Source of the DNA: an uncultured Methanosarcinaceae archaeon
GTDB taxonomy: Archaea > Halobacteriota > Methanosarcinia > Methanosarcinales > Methanosarcinaceae
NCBI GenBank assembly: GCA_963833425.1
Contig: CAWHXP010000003.1
Location: 384,001 to 448,000, forward strand
DNA length: 64,000 nt
Direction: 5' to 3'
Position 1 is the stretch's first letter. Each line of letters begins with the position of its first letter. The notes under the pieces were generated by a model, which made no database searches, had not been told where the DNA came from, and saw only the letters and a program-made list of their open reading frames with translations. The translations under genes were made by a program, and so were the position numbers. Below are positions 46,701 through 57,255 of this stretch, one piece after another.

Positions 46701-49386
46701 GTCTCTGACCTGAACCCATATTCAGTATAGTTCCTGACGTTGGAGAGTAGACAAAGGTTCCAGGTACGGAAGCAGTTGCATCTAACTGAACGCTGCTTAG
46801 TGGCGTTCCATATGTTATGTCAGCAGGACTACTCCAGAAAATTGTAGGATTCGACTGTGTTGTATTGAGCACATTGATCAAAACAGTCGCTGATGCTGCA
46901 GTATAGTTTACCGTATCATTAGGCGTGAAAGTAGTATTCAATGCCTGATGCGAACCTGCATTCAATACAGTTCCTGCGACTGGATTATAGGAAAAGGTTC
47001 CAGGAACTGAAGCATTTGCATCTAGCTGAGTGCTATTTAATGCTGTTCCATATGTTATATCAGCAGGATTACTCCAGAAAACTGTAGGAGTCGCAGGTGT
47101 TACATTTATCGAAACATTCGCTGATGCTGTAGTATAGTCTGTAATATCAGTTGGCGTGAAGATAGTATTTAATGTATATGTACCTAGATCCAGTACAGTT
47201 CCTGAAGGTGGAGTGTAAACGAAAGTTCCTTGTATGCCCCATCCTCCATGTCCTCTGCCTCCTCTATGGTTGCCGCCGCCTGCAGGGGATATGGTTGCAT
47301 CTAGCTGAGTGTCGCTTAATGCTGTTCCGTAAGTTACGTTAGCAGGGTTACTCCAGATAATTGTAGGAGTTGACTGTGTAACATTGATCGAAACATTCGC
47401 TGATGCTGTAGTATAGTTTGCAATATCAGTCGGAGTGAAAGTAGTAGTTAATATCTGATTCAAACCTGCACTTAGTACAGTTCCTGATTGTGGAGTGTAG
47501 ACAAAAGTTCCAGGGACTGAAGCATTTGCATCTAACTGAACGTTGCTCAATGGTGTACCATAGATTATGTCAGCAGGATTGCTCCAGGTAATTGTAGGAG
47601 CCACTTTTACATTGATCGAAACTGTCGCTGACGCTGTAGTATAGTTTGCAGTATCATTTGGCGTGAAAGTAGCAGTTAATGTCTGATTCGAACCTGCACT
47701 TAGTATAGTTCCTGATGGTGGAATGTAAACAAAGGTTCCCTGTAAGTGCCGTTCTCCATGTCCTCCGCCAGTTCCTGAAGCATCTGCATTTAGCTGAATA
47801 TTGCTCAATGGCGTACCATAGGCTATATCAGCGGGATTACTCCAGATAATTGTAGGAGTCTCCTTTGTTACATTTATCGAAACATCTGCTGATGCTGTAG
47901 TATAGTTTGCAATATCAGTCGGTGTGAAAGTAGCAGTTAATGTCTGATTCGAACCTGCACTTAGTACAGTTCCTGGTGGTGGAGTGTAGATAAAGGTTCC
48001 AGGTACTGAAGCAATTGAATCTAGCTGAGTGCTGTTCAATGCTGTTCCATAGACTATATCAGCCGGGTTATTCCAGGTAATAGTAGGAGTCGACTGTGTT
48101 GTATTGATAACATTGATCGACACATTCGCTGACGTTGTAGTATAGTTTACAGTATCATTTGGCGTGAAAGTAGTACTTAAGGTCTGCTGCATGCCCACAT
48201 TTAGTACGGTTCCTGATGGTGGAGTGTAGATAAAGGTTCCAGGTACTAAAGCTCTAGATATTGGATCTAAAGCATCTGCATTTAACTGTGTGCTGTTCAA
48301 TGGTGTTCCATAGACTATGTCAGCAGGATTATCCCAGGTAATTGTAGGAGTTATTAGCCTGGGGCCTATAAATTGGCCAAGAGCATATGGATAGCTTCCT
48401 ACATTCACGGTGTCTGTAACAGTATTTGGAGTAGTTGTTGTGTCAATTACAGAGACATCTCCAGGGTAATCTTCCCAATTTGCTACATATACCTTTTTTC
48501 CATCCGGAGTGACTGAAACTCCTTCAGGCCAATGTCCTACATTTACACTTGTAACATTATTTGGTGTAGTTGTGGTGTCAATTACAGAAACAGTATTGAT
48601 GCCTGCATTCGCTACATATACTTTTTTTCCATCCTGACTAACTGCAACTCCTAAAGGATTGCTACCTACAGGAATACTTGTAACATTATTTGATATAGTT
48701 CTAGTGTCAATTACAGAAACATTGCTACTCATAAAGTTACCCACATATACCTTTTTTCCATCTGGGCTGACTGCAACTCCAAAAGGATTGCTGCCAACAG
48801 GCACTGTGGCTGTAACATTCTCTATGCCTGTGTCAATTACAGAAACAGTGCCGTCGTTCCAATTTGTCACATATACATTTGTTCCATCTTGTGTGACTGC
48901 AACTCCTTCAGGACCACTTCCCACAGGCACCGTGGCTGTAACATTCTCTGTGCCGGTATCAATTACAGAAACAGTGTTACTGGCCTCGTTCGCCACATAT
49001 ACTTTTTTTCCATCAGAAGTGGCTGCAACTCCCATAGGCATATATCCTACAGGCACTGTGGCTATAACATTCTCTGTGGCGGTGTCAATCACAGAGACAG
49101 TCCAGTCTCCCCAATTTGTCACATATGCTTTTGTTCCATCTTTGGTGACTGCAACTCCTTCAGGCAAGGTTCCTACAGATACACTGGCTGTAACATTGTC
49201 TGTGGCTGTGTCAATTACAGAGACATTATCGCTTTCCCAATTTGTAATGTATGCAAATGGCGCTGCGCCTGCAGTACTCACTAGCATAAAAACCAAAACT
49301 ATTAAAACGATGGCTATCGAAAACAATTTGTTTTTATGGATCATATATTCCAACTCTCTTACTTTTGATAATAAATTAGTCGTCAT
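43711..49386 (-). CDS. Large cell-surface protein: YVTN beta-propeller, ~84-aa Ig-like repeats, DUF11-like domain, PKD domains; start probably ~49344
   Basis: Signal peptide ..VSTAGA/APFAYITN, seven YVTN/YVAN blades, repeats PTITWxNPAxIxYGTxL, DTLPxNVTFVSA, WDFGDG. Confidence 0.95.
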   Translation of the reverse strand: MTTNLLSKVRELEYMIHKNKLFSIAIVLIVLVFMLVSTAGAAPFAYITNWESDNVSVIDTATDNVTASVSVGTLPEGVAVTKDGTKAYVTNWGDWTVSVIDTATENVIATVPVGYMPMGVAATSDGKKVYVANEASNTVSVIDTGTENVTATVPVGSGPEGVAVTQDGTNVYVTNWNDGTVSVIDTGIENVTATVPVGSNPFGVAVSPDGKKVYVGNFMSSNVSVIDTRTISNNVTSIPVGSNPLGVAVSQDGKKVYVANAGINTVSVIDTTTTPNNVTSVNVGHWPEGVSVTPDGKKVYVANWEDYPGDVSVIDTTTTPNTVTDTVNVGSYPYALGQFIGPRLITPTITWDNPADIVYGTPLNSTQLNADALDPISRALVPGTFIYTPPSGTVLNVGMQQTLSTTFTPNDTVNYTTTSANVSINVINTTQSTPTITWNNPADIVYGTALNSTQLDSIASVPGTFIYTPPPGTVLSAGSNQTLTATFTPTDIANYTTASADVSINVTKETPTIIWSNPADIAYGTPLSNIQLNADASGTGGGHGERHLQGTFVYIPPSGTILSAGSNQTLTATFTPNDTANYTTASATVSINVKVAPTITWSNPADIIYGTPLSNVQLDANASVPGTFVYTPQSGTVLSAGLNQILTTTFTPTDIANYTTASANVSINVTQSTPTIIWSNPANVTYGTALSDTQLDATISPAGGGNHRGGRGHGGWGIQGTFVYTPPSGTVLDLGTYTLNTIFTPTDITDYTTASANVSINVTPATPTVFWSNPADITYGTALNSTQLDANASVPGTFSYNPVAGTVLNAGSHQALNTTFTPNDTVNYTAASATVLINVLNTTQSNPTIFWSSPADITYGTPLSSVQLDATASVPGTFVYSPTSGTILNMGSGQRLNTTFTPTDIANYTTASANVSINVTQGVPIINWNPPNVYYGTPLSNDQLDASASDPVSGATVSGNFVYSPPSGTVLSGGTWILNTTFTPNDTANYTTTSANASINVLNPLVLTKQVPLSAYNGTSMTYWLYYTNYTQIPVSNVILTDTLPNNVTFVSASNNGNYDSSTGTITWDIGSTLNNSGYQNLTVEIPEDVPVGTVITNNANISGSYSGFYASNKVQANTSVIQNPLPQNVTVEPNNGGIGQLSVYWGNPTTFSYNSCAAATGVDIDILFDDGTSVVGSMAGGSPNWTYTTTFYPQHHGNARVNYTVYGCSVQNVTFNIYVDPAGYIYDANTFERIAGASVWLQQPNGTAWENVPTGESPPIAQPDINPLTSDADGMYQWDVIPGSYRVHVEAPGYEFNNSIGVSVPPPVTDLDVGLVLTPIYPVANFSTDVNSGYAPLSVQFTDLSENATGWNWDFGDGANSTQQNPIHTFAAGNYNVNETVSNANGTSSMTSQISVQQATPTITWNNPADIVYGTPLSNVQLDASATFNGKPLAGSFVYTNSTGTVVKIGTVLSAGKQTLIASFTPSDSTNYTSGRIITNSITVNQAIPTIIWSNPANITHGTALSNTQLDATGSVPGPISYNPVAGTILGVGTHTLNATLTPTDSANYTIATDSVSLNVTQATPTITWSNPANIAYGTALSNIQLDATALDPISGASVPGFFFYTLPAGDVLSVGQQLLNVLFLPDDLVDYNITSATASINVLGMPSANFGINQTQGPVPLDVQFTDNSKGSPTSWYWGFGDGTNSTLQNPEHSYNTAGIYIPTLTAGNIAGTNTMISTVPITTEGILDAHFRINQTQGTVPLTVQFTDKTTGGPTSWYWDFGDGTNSTLQNPEHSYNTAGIYIPTLTASNVVGTSTKISTVPITAMSMPDAHFRINQTEGPVPLDVQFTDRTTGEPTSWYWDFGDGTNSTQQNPEHIYNTAGIYTPTLTASNVVGTSTKISTVTITVT

Positions 49387-50159
49387 CTGGTTGTAAATAC
49401 GAAATTTGTTATTTCACTATTCATTCATTTATTTTGATTAAAATCAACATCAATCGAAAGGATAGTATAATTAAATTAGAAGTGATGGCTTGAAAAGGAT
49501 TGACTTTATAAAATTTTTTACATTTACTAAGAATTTATAGATAATATACTTATCTATGTTTTTACCAAAGAAGGAATCTACATATTATTCTGTTAACATT
49601 ATTTTGTTCGTTCATGTTACCCACGAGTGATTTGAAAAATCGGTAGTTTTCTATTATTTTATTAATATTAATTTTTGGATATAAAAATATGTAAAAAATG
49701 ATGTATTCTACCCTGATAGGTATTTTGCAAAACACGAAGAATATAGATATAGCAACTTTTCGGCTATTTGAATTGACATATATTTTAAAAAAAGCTATGT
49801 ATTTCCTGCACAATCAGGTAAAAATATCCCCGGATTTAGGGTTAAAAAGTAGAAGATGCAGAGTTTTTGGCACAAAAAAAAACTGTGCATAAGTGAAACT
49901 CTAAAAACAGAAGTTGGGTCAGTACAACTATTGACTCTAAATCTTGATTTTTGCAGTGAAGGATGTTGTAAAGAATAAATTAAATTTAAAAAGACAACTA
50001 CATTTTTGATAATAGATTTTGTAATAGCTTATTTTGCAGCTACAGCATGAAGCTTAAGCTACAGCGACGGTAAATGTAGCGCCGATGACTGTGGTATGAG
50101 AAGTGGTAACTTCAGTCCTGGCAGGAGCTTCCACATTTTACCATATTATTTCACATCTG

Positions 50160-51239
50160 TTATTCTTCTGGAATGGATTCATACAGTTTTCTTCTTTCTA
50201 TAGGCATGGATTTGATATACTCTTCTGCTTCTTCCGGAGATACAACTCTACGGGTTCCATCAGGTTCCTGTATGATCACACCGCTTTCTATTAGCATCTT
50301 GTATCTTGCTTTTCGGACTTCCTTGTCAGGATGACAGACTAAATGGCAGTTGGAACAGGTGTATTCCATCCGGGATCCTGGAATCAAACATATATAAAAT
50401 CCACCTTTGAACTTCGGTCTGCCGAGATATGCTTGTGTAGCAGTGGGTATTGCAGCAATGAAATCTTCATCTTTTTCGGGGATTTTAAAGCGTGCTGGAG
50501 ACCATGTGGACCATTTTCCTGTGGCATTCAAACCTGTAAGACCGCCGCAGATAAGGAAACAGCGGCTATTACTTCTTCGCTTTCCGTAACTAAACTCCTT
50601 TCCACCAAGGGTTACAGTAACTTTCTCAATTGGATCCACATAACCAGATGAACATACTGAAAGGCAGAGCCTGCATTCGTCACAATAGTTTTCTTCTTCT
50701 GGCAAGGGGTCTGTTGGGATAAGTTCCGCATCCGTAACTACTGAGGCCAGAACAATAGCGGATCCATATTCCTTTGTAATAATATTCCCTGAATATCCAA
50801 AATGCCCGATCCCGGAGCGTACTGCCAGATACCTATGAGAAATGGGGGGGTGCATATCTAGAAGCCAATTTTCTGTATCCCTTCGATAAACGAAATTTGC
50901 AGACTGTGGGACAGCTTTGTATCCAGATTGTTTCAAGAAATCTGCCATCTCAAGTGCTATTCCATTTGCAAGGGTAGTAGTTCGTACCTTATTAGTTTCA
51001 AGGGATTCATGATCCATTTTTCTGAAATAAGGTTCGATAAGGTCCTGATCAAAAGCCAGGGCAAAACAGACAGCAGATTTTGCTTCTGGAAGCACATAGG
51101 TCAGGTCGGCAGAAGGAGGACCGCCTAAAAGGGTTTCGGTCGTTGCAATGCCTACTTTGAAGGCTCCAAGGGTCAGAGCCATCTCTTTTAAAGTTTCAGT
51201 CAATTCTATTATTTTAGATTTATCTGTTAACTCTTCCAC
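50160..51239 (-). CDS. Epoxyqueuosine reductase-like / reductive dehalogenase-like Fe-S protein
   Basis: ISHRYLAVRSGIG..G.SG, VVTDAEL, CDECRLCLSVC, CSNCHLVC. Confidence 0.8.
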   Translation of the reverse strand: MEELTDKSKIIELTETLKEMALTLGAFKVGIATTETLLGGPPSADLTYVLPEAKSAVCFALAFDQDLIEPYFRKMDHESLETNKVRTTTLANGIALEMADFLKQSGYKAVPQSANFVYRRDTENWLLDMHPPISHRYLAVRSGIGHFGYSGNIITKEYGSAIVLASVVTDAELIPTDPLPEEENYCDECRLCLSVCSSGYVDPIEKVTVTLGGKEFSYGKRRSNSRCFLICGGLTGLNATGKWSTWSPARFKIPEKDEDFIAAIPTATQAYLGRPKFKGGFYICLIPGSRMEYTCSNCHLVCHPDKEVRKARYKMLIESGVIIQEPDGTRRVVSPEEAEEYIKSMPIERRKLYESIPEE

Positions 51240-51572
51240 TTTTGATTCCCCAGTAGAATTATTAGAGCATATTAGATTTAGAATAATTTATAGGCTATAA
51301 TTGAAATCTCTTTAATTTATATTAAAATATTCTCTTTTTCTAGAGTTATAGTTCAATAACTTTATAGACAGTTTTGTGCATGACCATCCCTAATCTAAAA
51401 TTAAGAAAGTGAATTATTTCACTAATCTATAAACTTAATTTGGATAAATATTCTATATTCATTTTAGTGTCATTTTCAATACTCTGTGTTAGAATGCTTA
51501 GAAAAAACGTGAGACTAAATAAGTGAGAAAAAAATCTCAAAAATTGTATCTAGAGTTATATGAGTTATATAC

Positions 51573-52347
51573 GGTTCCGTTGCAAAAATTGTCCTATTAA
51601 ACGTAAGGCGGTATCTAAAATTCCCATTAAGCTATCGGAATTTAAAGGAAATGATGATAGAAAAAGGAGTACAAGTTGATCATACTACTCTAATGAGATG
51701 GGTGCATCAATATTCTCCTGAGATCGAAAAGAAGGTGCGTAGATACTTAAAGCCAACCACCGACTCTTGGAGAGTTGACGAAACCTACATCAAGGTAAAG
51801 AGTGAATGGAAATATCTTTACAGAGCAGTTGATTCAACTGGAAGCACAGTTGATTTTATGCTAAGTGCAAAGCGTGATAAAACTGCTGCGGAACGTTTTT
51901 TTAAGAAAGCTTTGAGTTCTAATCATAATCAAATTCCAAAGGTAATAACTGTAGATAAAAATCTAGCTTTATCCATCTGCAATAAGTGAACTCAAAAATG
52001 ACAAAGTACTACCTAAAAACGTAAACCTTCGGCAAATCAAGTATTTGAATAATGTTGTTGAACAGGATCATAGATCTATAAAACGGATAATTCGTCCAAT
52101 GTTAGGCTTTCAGTCTTTTTGTACAGCTATCAAGACTTAAAAAGGAATTGAAATCATGCATATGATAAGAAAAGGACAGATTGATGCTCTAAATCGATGT
52201 GTTCTTTCTGAAGTAAATTTTATAAATAAGTTATTTGGAATAACTGTCTAAATCTAAATGTTATCTGAGAAATATTTTGCATTTTTATGTTTTTTTGCTG
52301 TAAACTAAAGTTTTTACTTCAATAGTAGGATTTTTTGCAACAGAACC
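51573..52347 (+). mobile_element. IS6-family element, 5'-deleted and frameshifted
   Basis: IRs GGTTCCGTTGCAAAAA / TTTTTGCAACAGAACC; WRVDETYIKVK..YLYRAVD, TVDKN, KYLNNVVEQDHR. Confidence 0.92.
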
Positions 52348-53051
52348 CAGTACTTTAGATTCAAGCTTGCTTATTATACAATTAGAAAAAAAATGATTTC
52401 ATTTTAAGCCATGCTTTTATTTGAAAGATTGCTATCATAATTTTATCTTTGAGATTCTGCAGCTTCTGACACCATAGGGGTATCCTATAGAAGCCAGTAG
52501 CAGTGAATAAATGAAGTGTTATGAGCATAAGTGATGCACAAAAAAAAATAGATCTTGTAAGTTGTGAGTAAGACATACTATTTATCGAAGAGATCTTTGA
52601 TATTTTTTTGCTTTTAGACGCATAACTACACTCCTACATTCAAACATTTTATTTTTGCATTTATGCAATAGTGCATTTATGGATCATTGTATAATTGAAT
52701 GTGATAAAATATATATCTTTTGGATTAAAGATACATATAAAAATTTCAACTATATAGTTTATAGATATTGTACTATAAATATATTAGGTCTATGAACAGG
52801 GGCAGCAACTCTTTCACTATTAGCCAGAAATGAAATTTCATCAAACCTGGTATTTCAGAAGATTTTTCAGAGACTTTATTACTAACCTTCAGAAGCCTTG
52901 ACAACGGCTGAAAACATTGATAGAATATGTGCAATCTTTTGGTTTTAGTACTTCTAAGTAAGTATTAGAACATGTGAGAACCTATAAATTCAATTCTTAA
53001 TTAAAAAGCTAAAAATCACTAAATTTTAGAACTTAGTAGACAGGTGAAATA

Positions 53052-53376
53052 ATGTCTGAACAATTAAAAGCCAAGAAACTAAAGCTAGAAGATTTGATTG
53101 AATACCAAGAAGAGTCCGTTGTAAGTAGAGAAATTATCCATAAAAACACAGGAACCGTATCCATATTTGCCTTCGATAAAGGAGAAGGATTAAGTGAACA
53201 TACTGCTCCCTTCGATGCCATAGTTCAGGTAATAGATGGAAAAGCCGAAATAACTATCTCAGGGAATAAAAATGTTCTAGAGAAGGGGGGATATGATTAT
53301 ATTACCTGCCAACGAAGCTCACGCACTCAACGCAATTGAAAGGTTCAAAATGGTTCTAACCATGATCCGTTCTTAA
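53052..53376 (+). pseudogene. Cupin-domain protein with a frameshift in a G6 run
   Basis: FAFDKGEGLSEHTAPFDA; continues GDMIILPANEAHALNAIERFKMVLTMIRS in another frame. Confidence 0.85.
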
Positions 53377-53776
53377 TATTATAGTTTACATCAAAATTAC
53401 TCAGTTCCAAAACTACCATGAAATTCTCCGAATAACAGGTACAAACAAATGAAAGTACATATCAACCTAGCTTTGCAAAAGCTCCAAATTTTGTAATTAA
53501 CTATCTGATGATTCATAAATCCTTAAATAAAAAAATCTTATTATTTTTGCTGAAACTGAGAAATACATAGATTTTATAGCAAAAACTATGCATCAGTGAA
53601 ACCAAAAAGATCCTTTTTTGTAATGAAAGAATAGTATGGAAAACAGTTATTTTCACAGAACTTTTAATACGCTGTATTCAGCCAAGAATGCATCCTTTCT
53701 CCACATCATCGCCTTATCCTTTAAATCTAGTATCCCTTGGAGTCTTGTGTTTTCTTTTCAATACTACTTATTTGCA

Positions 53777-54440
53777 TTAGGACTGAAAAATAAGCATGGT
53801 CATTTCTATAAATACTGTACAGATGAGCATAAATATGGGATATATACAAAAAATATAAACTATATGACTAATGTTATAATCTATTGGAGCAATAATGGGT
53901 ATTCCATTGATTAAAATACTTATTAAAAAAAAGTTTCCCATTGTGAAAAAAGCCGCATATATATAAGAATAAAAAAATGATATTACTTCTTGTTTATATG
54001 TCTTCAGTGACTCAGTATAGTCTTCTGTATCTTGTAAATGTACAGAGCTAATCGGAAAAACTGATGGAAAATTAGCTGTGAGTTTGATTACTGCTAGAGT
54101 CACAAGCGTTAGAAAATAGGATGGATAACTAATTTGATATAGGTCTATTTTATTTTGTCCAAATATATTAAAAACTGAAAAAGAATAGGTCATCATAAGA
54201 ATAGGGGATAAATATAGATTAATTGTAAACACTTTGTGAATTTTTTTCAGAAAACGATTCTAGTCCATCTTTTTAAGATCTAAGAAATCCCATCGTTTTC
54301 CTGGTAAATTAACATTATGATAAATTCCCAATAAAGATACTTTCTCTAATAGAATTCCATAATAAAAGTGGTATGTCCATACCGAAGCTGCAAACAAAAA
54401 AAACAACTTTAAGTAACTCATAATTAAAAACATTCAGCAT
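53777..54440 (-). pseudogene. Hydrophobic membrane protein, probably broken
   Basis: 151-aa hydrophobic ORF plus an upstream GAGGT-ATG start at 54440 interrupted by stops. Confidence 0.4.
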
Positions 54441-54479
54441 ACCTCAGAAAATACTTTCAGTCATATTAATAAAATATTG

Positions 54480-54570
54480 GGTTCCGTTGCAAAAACTTGA
54501 GAATAAGTATATAAACCTATGACTAATGGACAAAAATCAAGATCTTCGAGGAACATTATCAATATTGTAA
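54480..54570 (+). mobile_element. Isolated IS6 end, possibly with a transposase start
   Basis: GGTTCCGTTGCAAAAA followed by ATG GAC AAA AAT CAA GAT CTT. Confidence 0.65.
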
Positions 54571-54709
54571 ATATGTTTCAAATAGTTGATTTATATATTT
54601 GACTTCACCAAGAACAGAATATTAAATTTTTGACTTACATCTTTAACCATAATTGCTGAAAATATCCAAAGTAATACACAGATTTCATCACAAAAACTGT
54701 GTATATTAT

Positions 54710-54874
54710 ATCGCAGGTGCGACGCAAGAATCGGCGAGTTGGGTTACTAAAGGACTTGCTCATTTTGATTTAAATAAATATGATGAATCAATAAAAGCGT
54801 TTGAAAAAGCAATTGAAATTGACCCACAAAATACAGATGCTTGGATCTATAAATACGATTATCAGGCTGCATAG
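54710..54874 (+). pseudogene. TPR fragment related to 11445-12293
   Basis: IAGATQESASWVTKGLAHFDLNKYDESIKAFEKAIEIDPQNTDAW. Confidence 0.7.
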
Positions 54875-55015
54875 ATCATTTATTTAGAATATCCAGGTAA
54901 AAAACCTGGACATCGAAACTACTTTAAAATAATTTGTTGATGATGTAGAATTTTGGATTTCGGTTGTAGAAGGTCCACTAGTATACACATTGGGTTCACC
55001 GCCGTACCCATTAGG

Positions 55016-55246
55016 TTAATTGCTAAACATCGGGCTGCTAGACATTGGTCCAGGGATCATAGGAATTACAGTACCGCCATAACCACCATAACCAGGTCCG
55101 CCATAGTTATTTCTGTCACCAATGTGATCGTCTTCATTGTGCTCTTCCTTCTTGGTTGGCTGTTTATAGCGAACTAACGCAACTGTTAATGGTGAACTTA
55201 TTGGGTTGTTGTTGAATAAGCCTTTTGCATATGCTGCATTGGTCAC
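55016..55246 (-). CDS. Small hypothetical protein with Gly/Tyr/Pro-rich tail
   Basis: 4-nt overlap (GTGA) with upstream ORF; NNYGGPGYGGYGG. Confidence 0.5.
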   Translation of the reverse strand: MTNAAYAKGLFNNNPISSPLTVALVRYKQPTKKEEHNEDDHIGDRNNYGGPGYGGYGGTVIPMIPGPMSSSPMFSN

Positions 55247-55446
55247 AGAACCTGCACTTCGCTTCGATTGAAAGAAGAGTCTTTGAGTTTATTCTTGTAA
55301 TTTTCAAAAAGAGCTCTTTGAACTTGTTCGTTACGATACGTGTCCAACGTCATAAACACATATCCAGCCGATAACAGTATGTTAGCTTCTGTGAGGATCT
55401 TGGCAACGCTTGCTCTCACAAAACTTGTAAGTAACGAACCTTTCAA
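55243..55446 (-). CDS. Small hypothetical protein
   Basis: GGAGG RBS before TTG start; 4-nt overlap (TTGA) with upstream ORF. Confidence 0.55.
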   Translation of the reverse strand: MKGSLLTSFVRASVAKILTEANILLSAGYVFMTLDTYRNEQVQRALFENYKNKLKDSSFNRSEVQVL

Positions 55447-55694
55447 TTCCTCCGGTTTATAGGGAGACGCTTCTTTCCCTTACGTATGTCCCCATAAATT
55501 CTTAATGCGACATATGCTGGCGGTATTAAAGCTCCAACGGAGCCCGTAAGATACCATCCCACGAGCGATAGGAGTTCGGTCACGACCACGCCTACAGCTA
55601 ATTGAGCTTTAGCTTTTTCATACGAAAGGCCAATAGGTTCATCAACGGATTGTTCTCCCTTTGCTTTGGGGTGTAAAGGTCGATTTTGCGACAT
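55443..55694 (-). CDS. Small membrane protein (1-2 TM)
   Basis: GGAGA RBS, ATG at 55694; hydrophobic LAVGVVVTELLSLVGWYLTGSVGALIPPAYVAL and basic tail. Confidence 0.65.
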   Translation of the reverse strand: MSQNRPLHPKAKGEQSVDEPIGLSYEKAKAQLAVGVVVTELLSLVGWYLTGSVGALIPPAYVALRIYGDIRKGKKRLPINRRN

Positions 55695-55724
55695 GTTTAT
55701 CTCCAATATAAATGCAATATATTA

Positions 55725-55818
55725 GGTTCCGTTGCAAAAAATCCTTTCTAATGATACGATAGAATAAAAAGAAAACCAAAGATAGTAATATGGTATCTAA
55801 TTGGTTCCGTTGCAAAAA
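55725..55818 (+). mobile_element. Two further isolated IS6 ends in direct orientation
   Basis: GGTTCCGTTGCAAAAA at 55725 and 55803. Confidence 0.8.
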
Positions 55819-56163
55819 TGAATGATTCACAATTAGCTTTTCTGATTTCTTATTTATGATTGTGATTCAGTTAAATTAATTCCAAATGTTCCATGGGTTC
55901 CAGGTGTTCTATGAGCTTTATAAGTTCCAAAAGTTACATAACTCTATAAGTTTCACGAGGAGTAAACCAGCAATTTTGTATTCTGGATGGAACCTAGGAA
56001 ATTCATAGATTTTCTTACAAAAACTATGTATGAATTCTGATGAAAAAATAATTACAAAATTAGAAGTACTAAACAAAAATTTAATTTCGAAATTACAACA
56101 AACTTGCAAGACTCCTTTTTTTCCATTCTTTGCTGAACTTTGGAGTTAAGTCAGCTAGCTTAC

Positions 56164-57255
56164 TCATAAACTTCCTTCATTTCTTCGATATAGGTTAAGT
56201 TGTTTGCAGATAACTACGGAAACCCAGATTGTAGATACAGGAATGAAGGTTTTCAGAAACCCTATTTCTTGGTTTGTGAATTGTAGGTAATTGGTCATTC
56301 CTGCTGTCCCAAACCAGCACCCGAGAATAATTTGGGACACTTCAAATAGCAGGAGTGCGATAAATGCTCTTGTAGCCCGCTGCTCTATATTGCCGATGTC
56401 ATCTGGTATTCCTTTTCTTATAATCAGGAGATATGCAACATTCACGCCAAAGAAATATCCTACCGTATCGGATTTTATCAGGGACAATACTAGGAATACG
56501 AGAGGAATAACGAACATAAAACCGTAAAAAAATAAATTTTGGCGTCTGAAAGCTAATTCAAAATTCTTTTTTTTGAAAAAATTATTTTTAAGAGGGCTTT
56601 TGAGAAGATATGCAAAAACGACTAGGGAAACTAACCCTACAATAGTCCCACCTAATACATCTCCTATGAAATGTTTCCCTAAGTATAGTCTTGAAAAAGC
56701 CATTAATACTATCACAAAAGGAGTTAATATTTTGAGTATCCGAGTGTTAAAAACAGTGGCAATTTTTCCCCATAGTGCAGTTGTCCTAGACATATGTCCT
56801 GAAGGAAAACCATAAGAATCAGGTTTAAAAGCTTCATGAAGACGAAATGATGTAAGAATCTGTTTGTCAGGAAGAGCGAAAATGCTTTTTATTCTATTCC
56901 CAGTAAAAGGAGATATACTTTTTATTCCATCTTCTAAGTTCATGACCCTATTGTCCACAAAATATGGTCTCGGAAATCCAACTAATATTTTTAGAGTCTC
57001 AGTAAACAGGGTTGTCCACAGAAACAGCTGAAACAAAAGAAAACCTTTTTTAAAATCAACACCAAAAATGGCTATAATTATTATAGGAACTAAGAATGAT
57101 GAAGATCCCATTTGAGTTATCTGAATCATGTGATCTGTAATACATTGAGTTCCATGGGATTGTAGGTAGATTATAGGTTCAGTTTGGAACATTTGTACAT
57201 CTCTCAAACGAATAGTTTTTCCAAATTTAAATTCTATTAAAGAACACTCTAACAT
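56164..57255 (-). CDS. PAP2-family membrane phosphatase; start probably ~57192
   Basis: K......RP, GFPSGH, SRLYLGKHFIGDV. Confidence 0.92.
   Translation of the reverse strand: MLECSLIEFKFGKTIRLRDVQMFQTEPIIYLQSHGTQCITDHMIQITQMGSSSFLVPIIIIAIFGVDFKKGFLLFQLFLWTTLFTETLKILVGFPRPYFVDNRVMNLEDGIKSISPFTGNRIKSIFALPDKQILTSFRLHEAFKPDSYGFPSGHMSRTTALWGKIATVFNTRILKILTPFVIVLMAFSRLYLGKHFIGDVLGGTIVGLVSLVVFAYLLKSPLKNNFFKKKNFELAFRRQNLFFYGFMFVIPLVFLVLSLIKSDTVGYFFGVNVAYLLIIRKGIPDDIGNIEQRATRAFIALLLFEVSQIILGCWFGTAGMTNYLQFTNQEIGFLKTFIPVSTIWVSVVICKQLNLYRRNEGSL

Noticed and set aside
48659..49396. 245-aa plus-strand ORF
   Set aside because: Antisense shadow of the YVTN propeller
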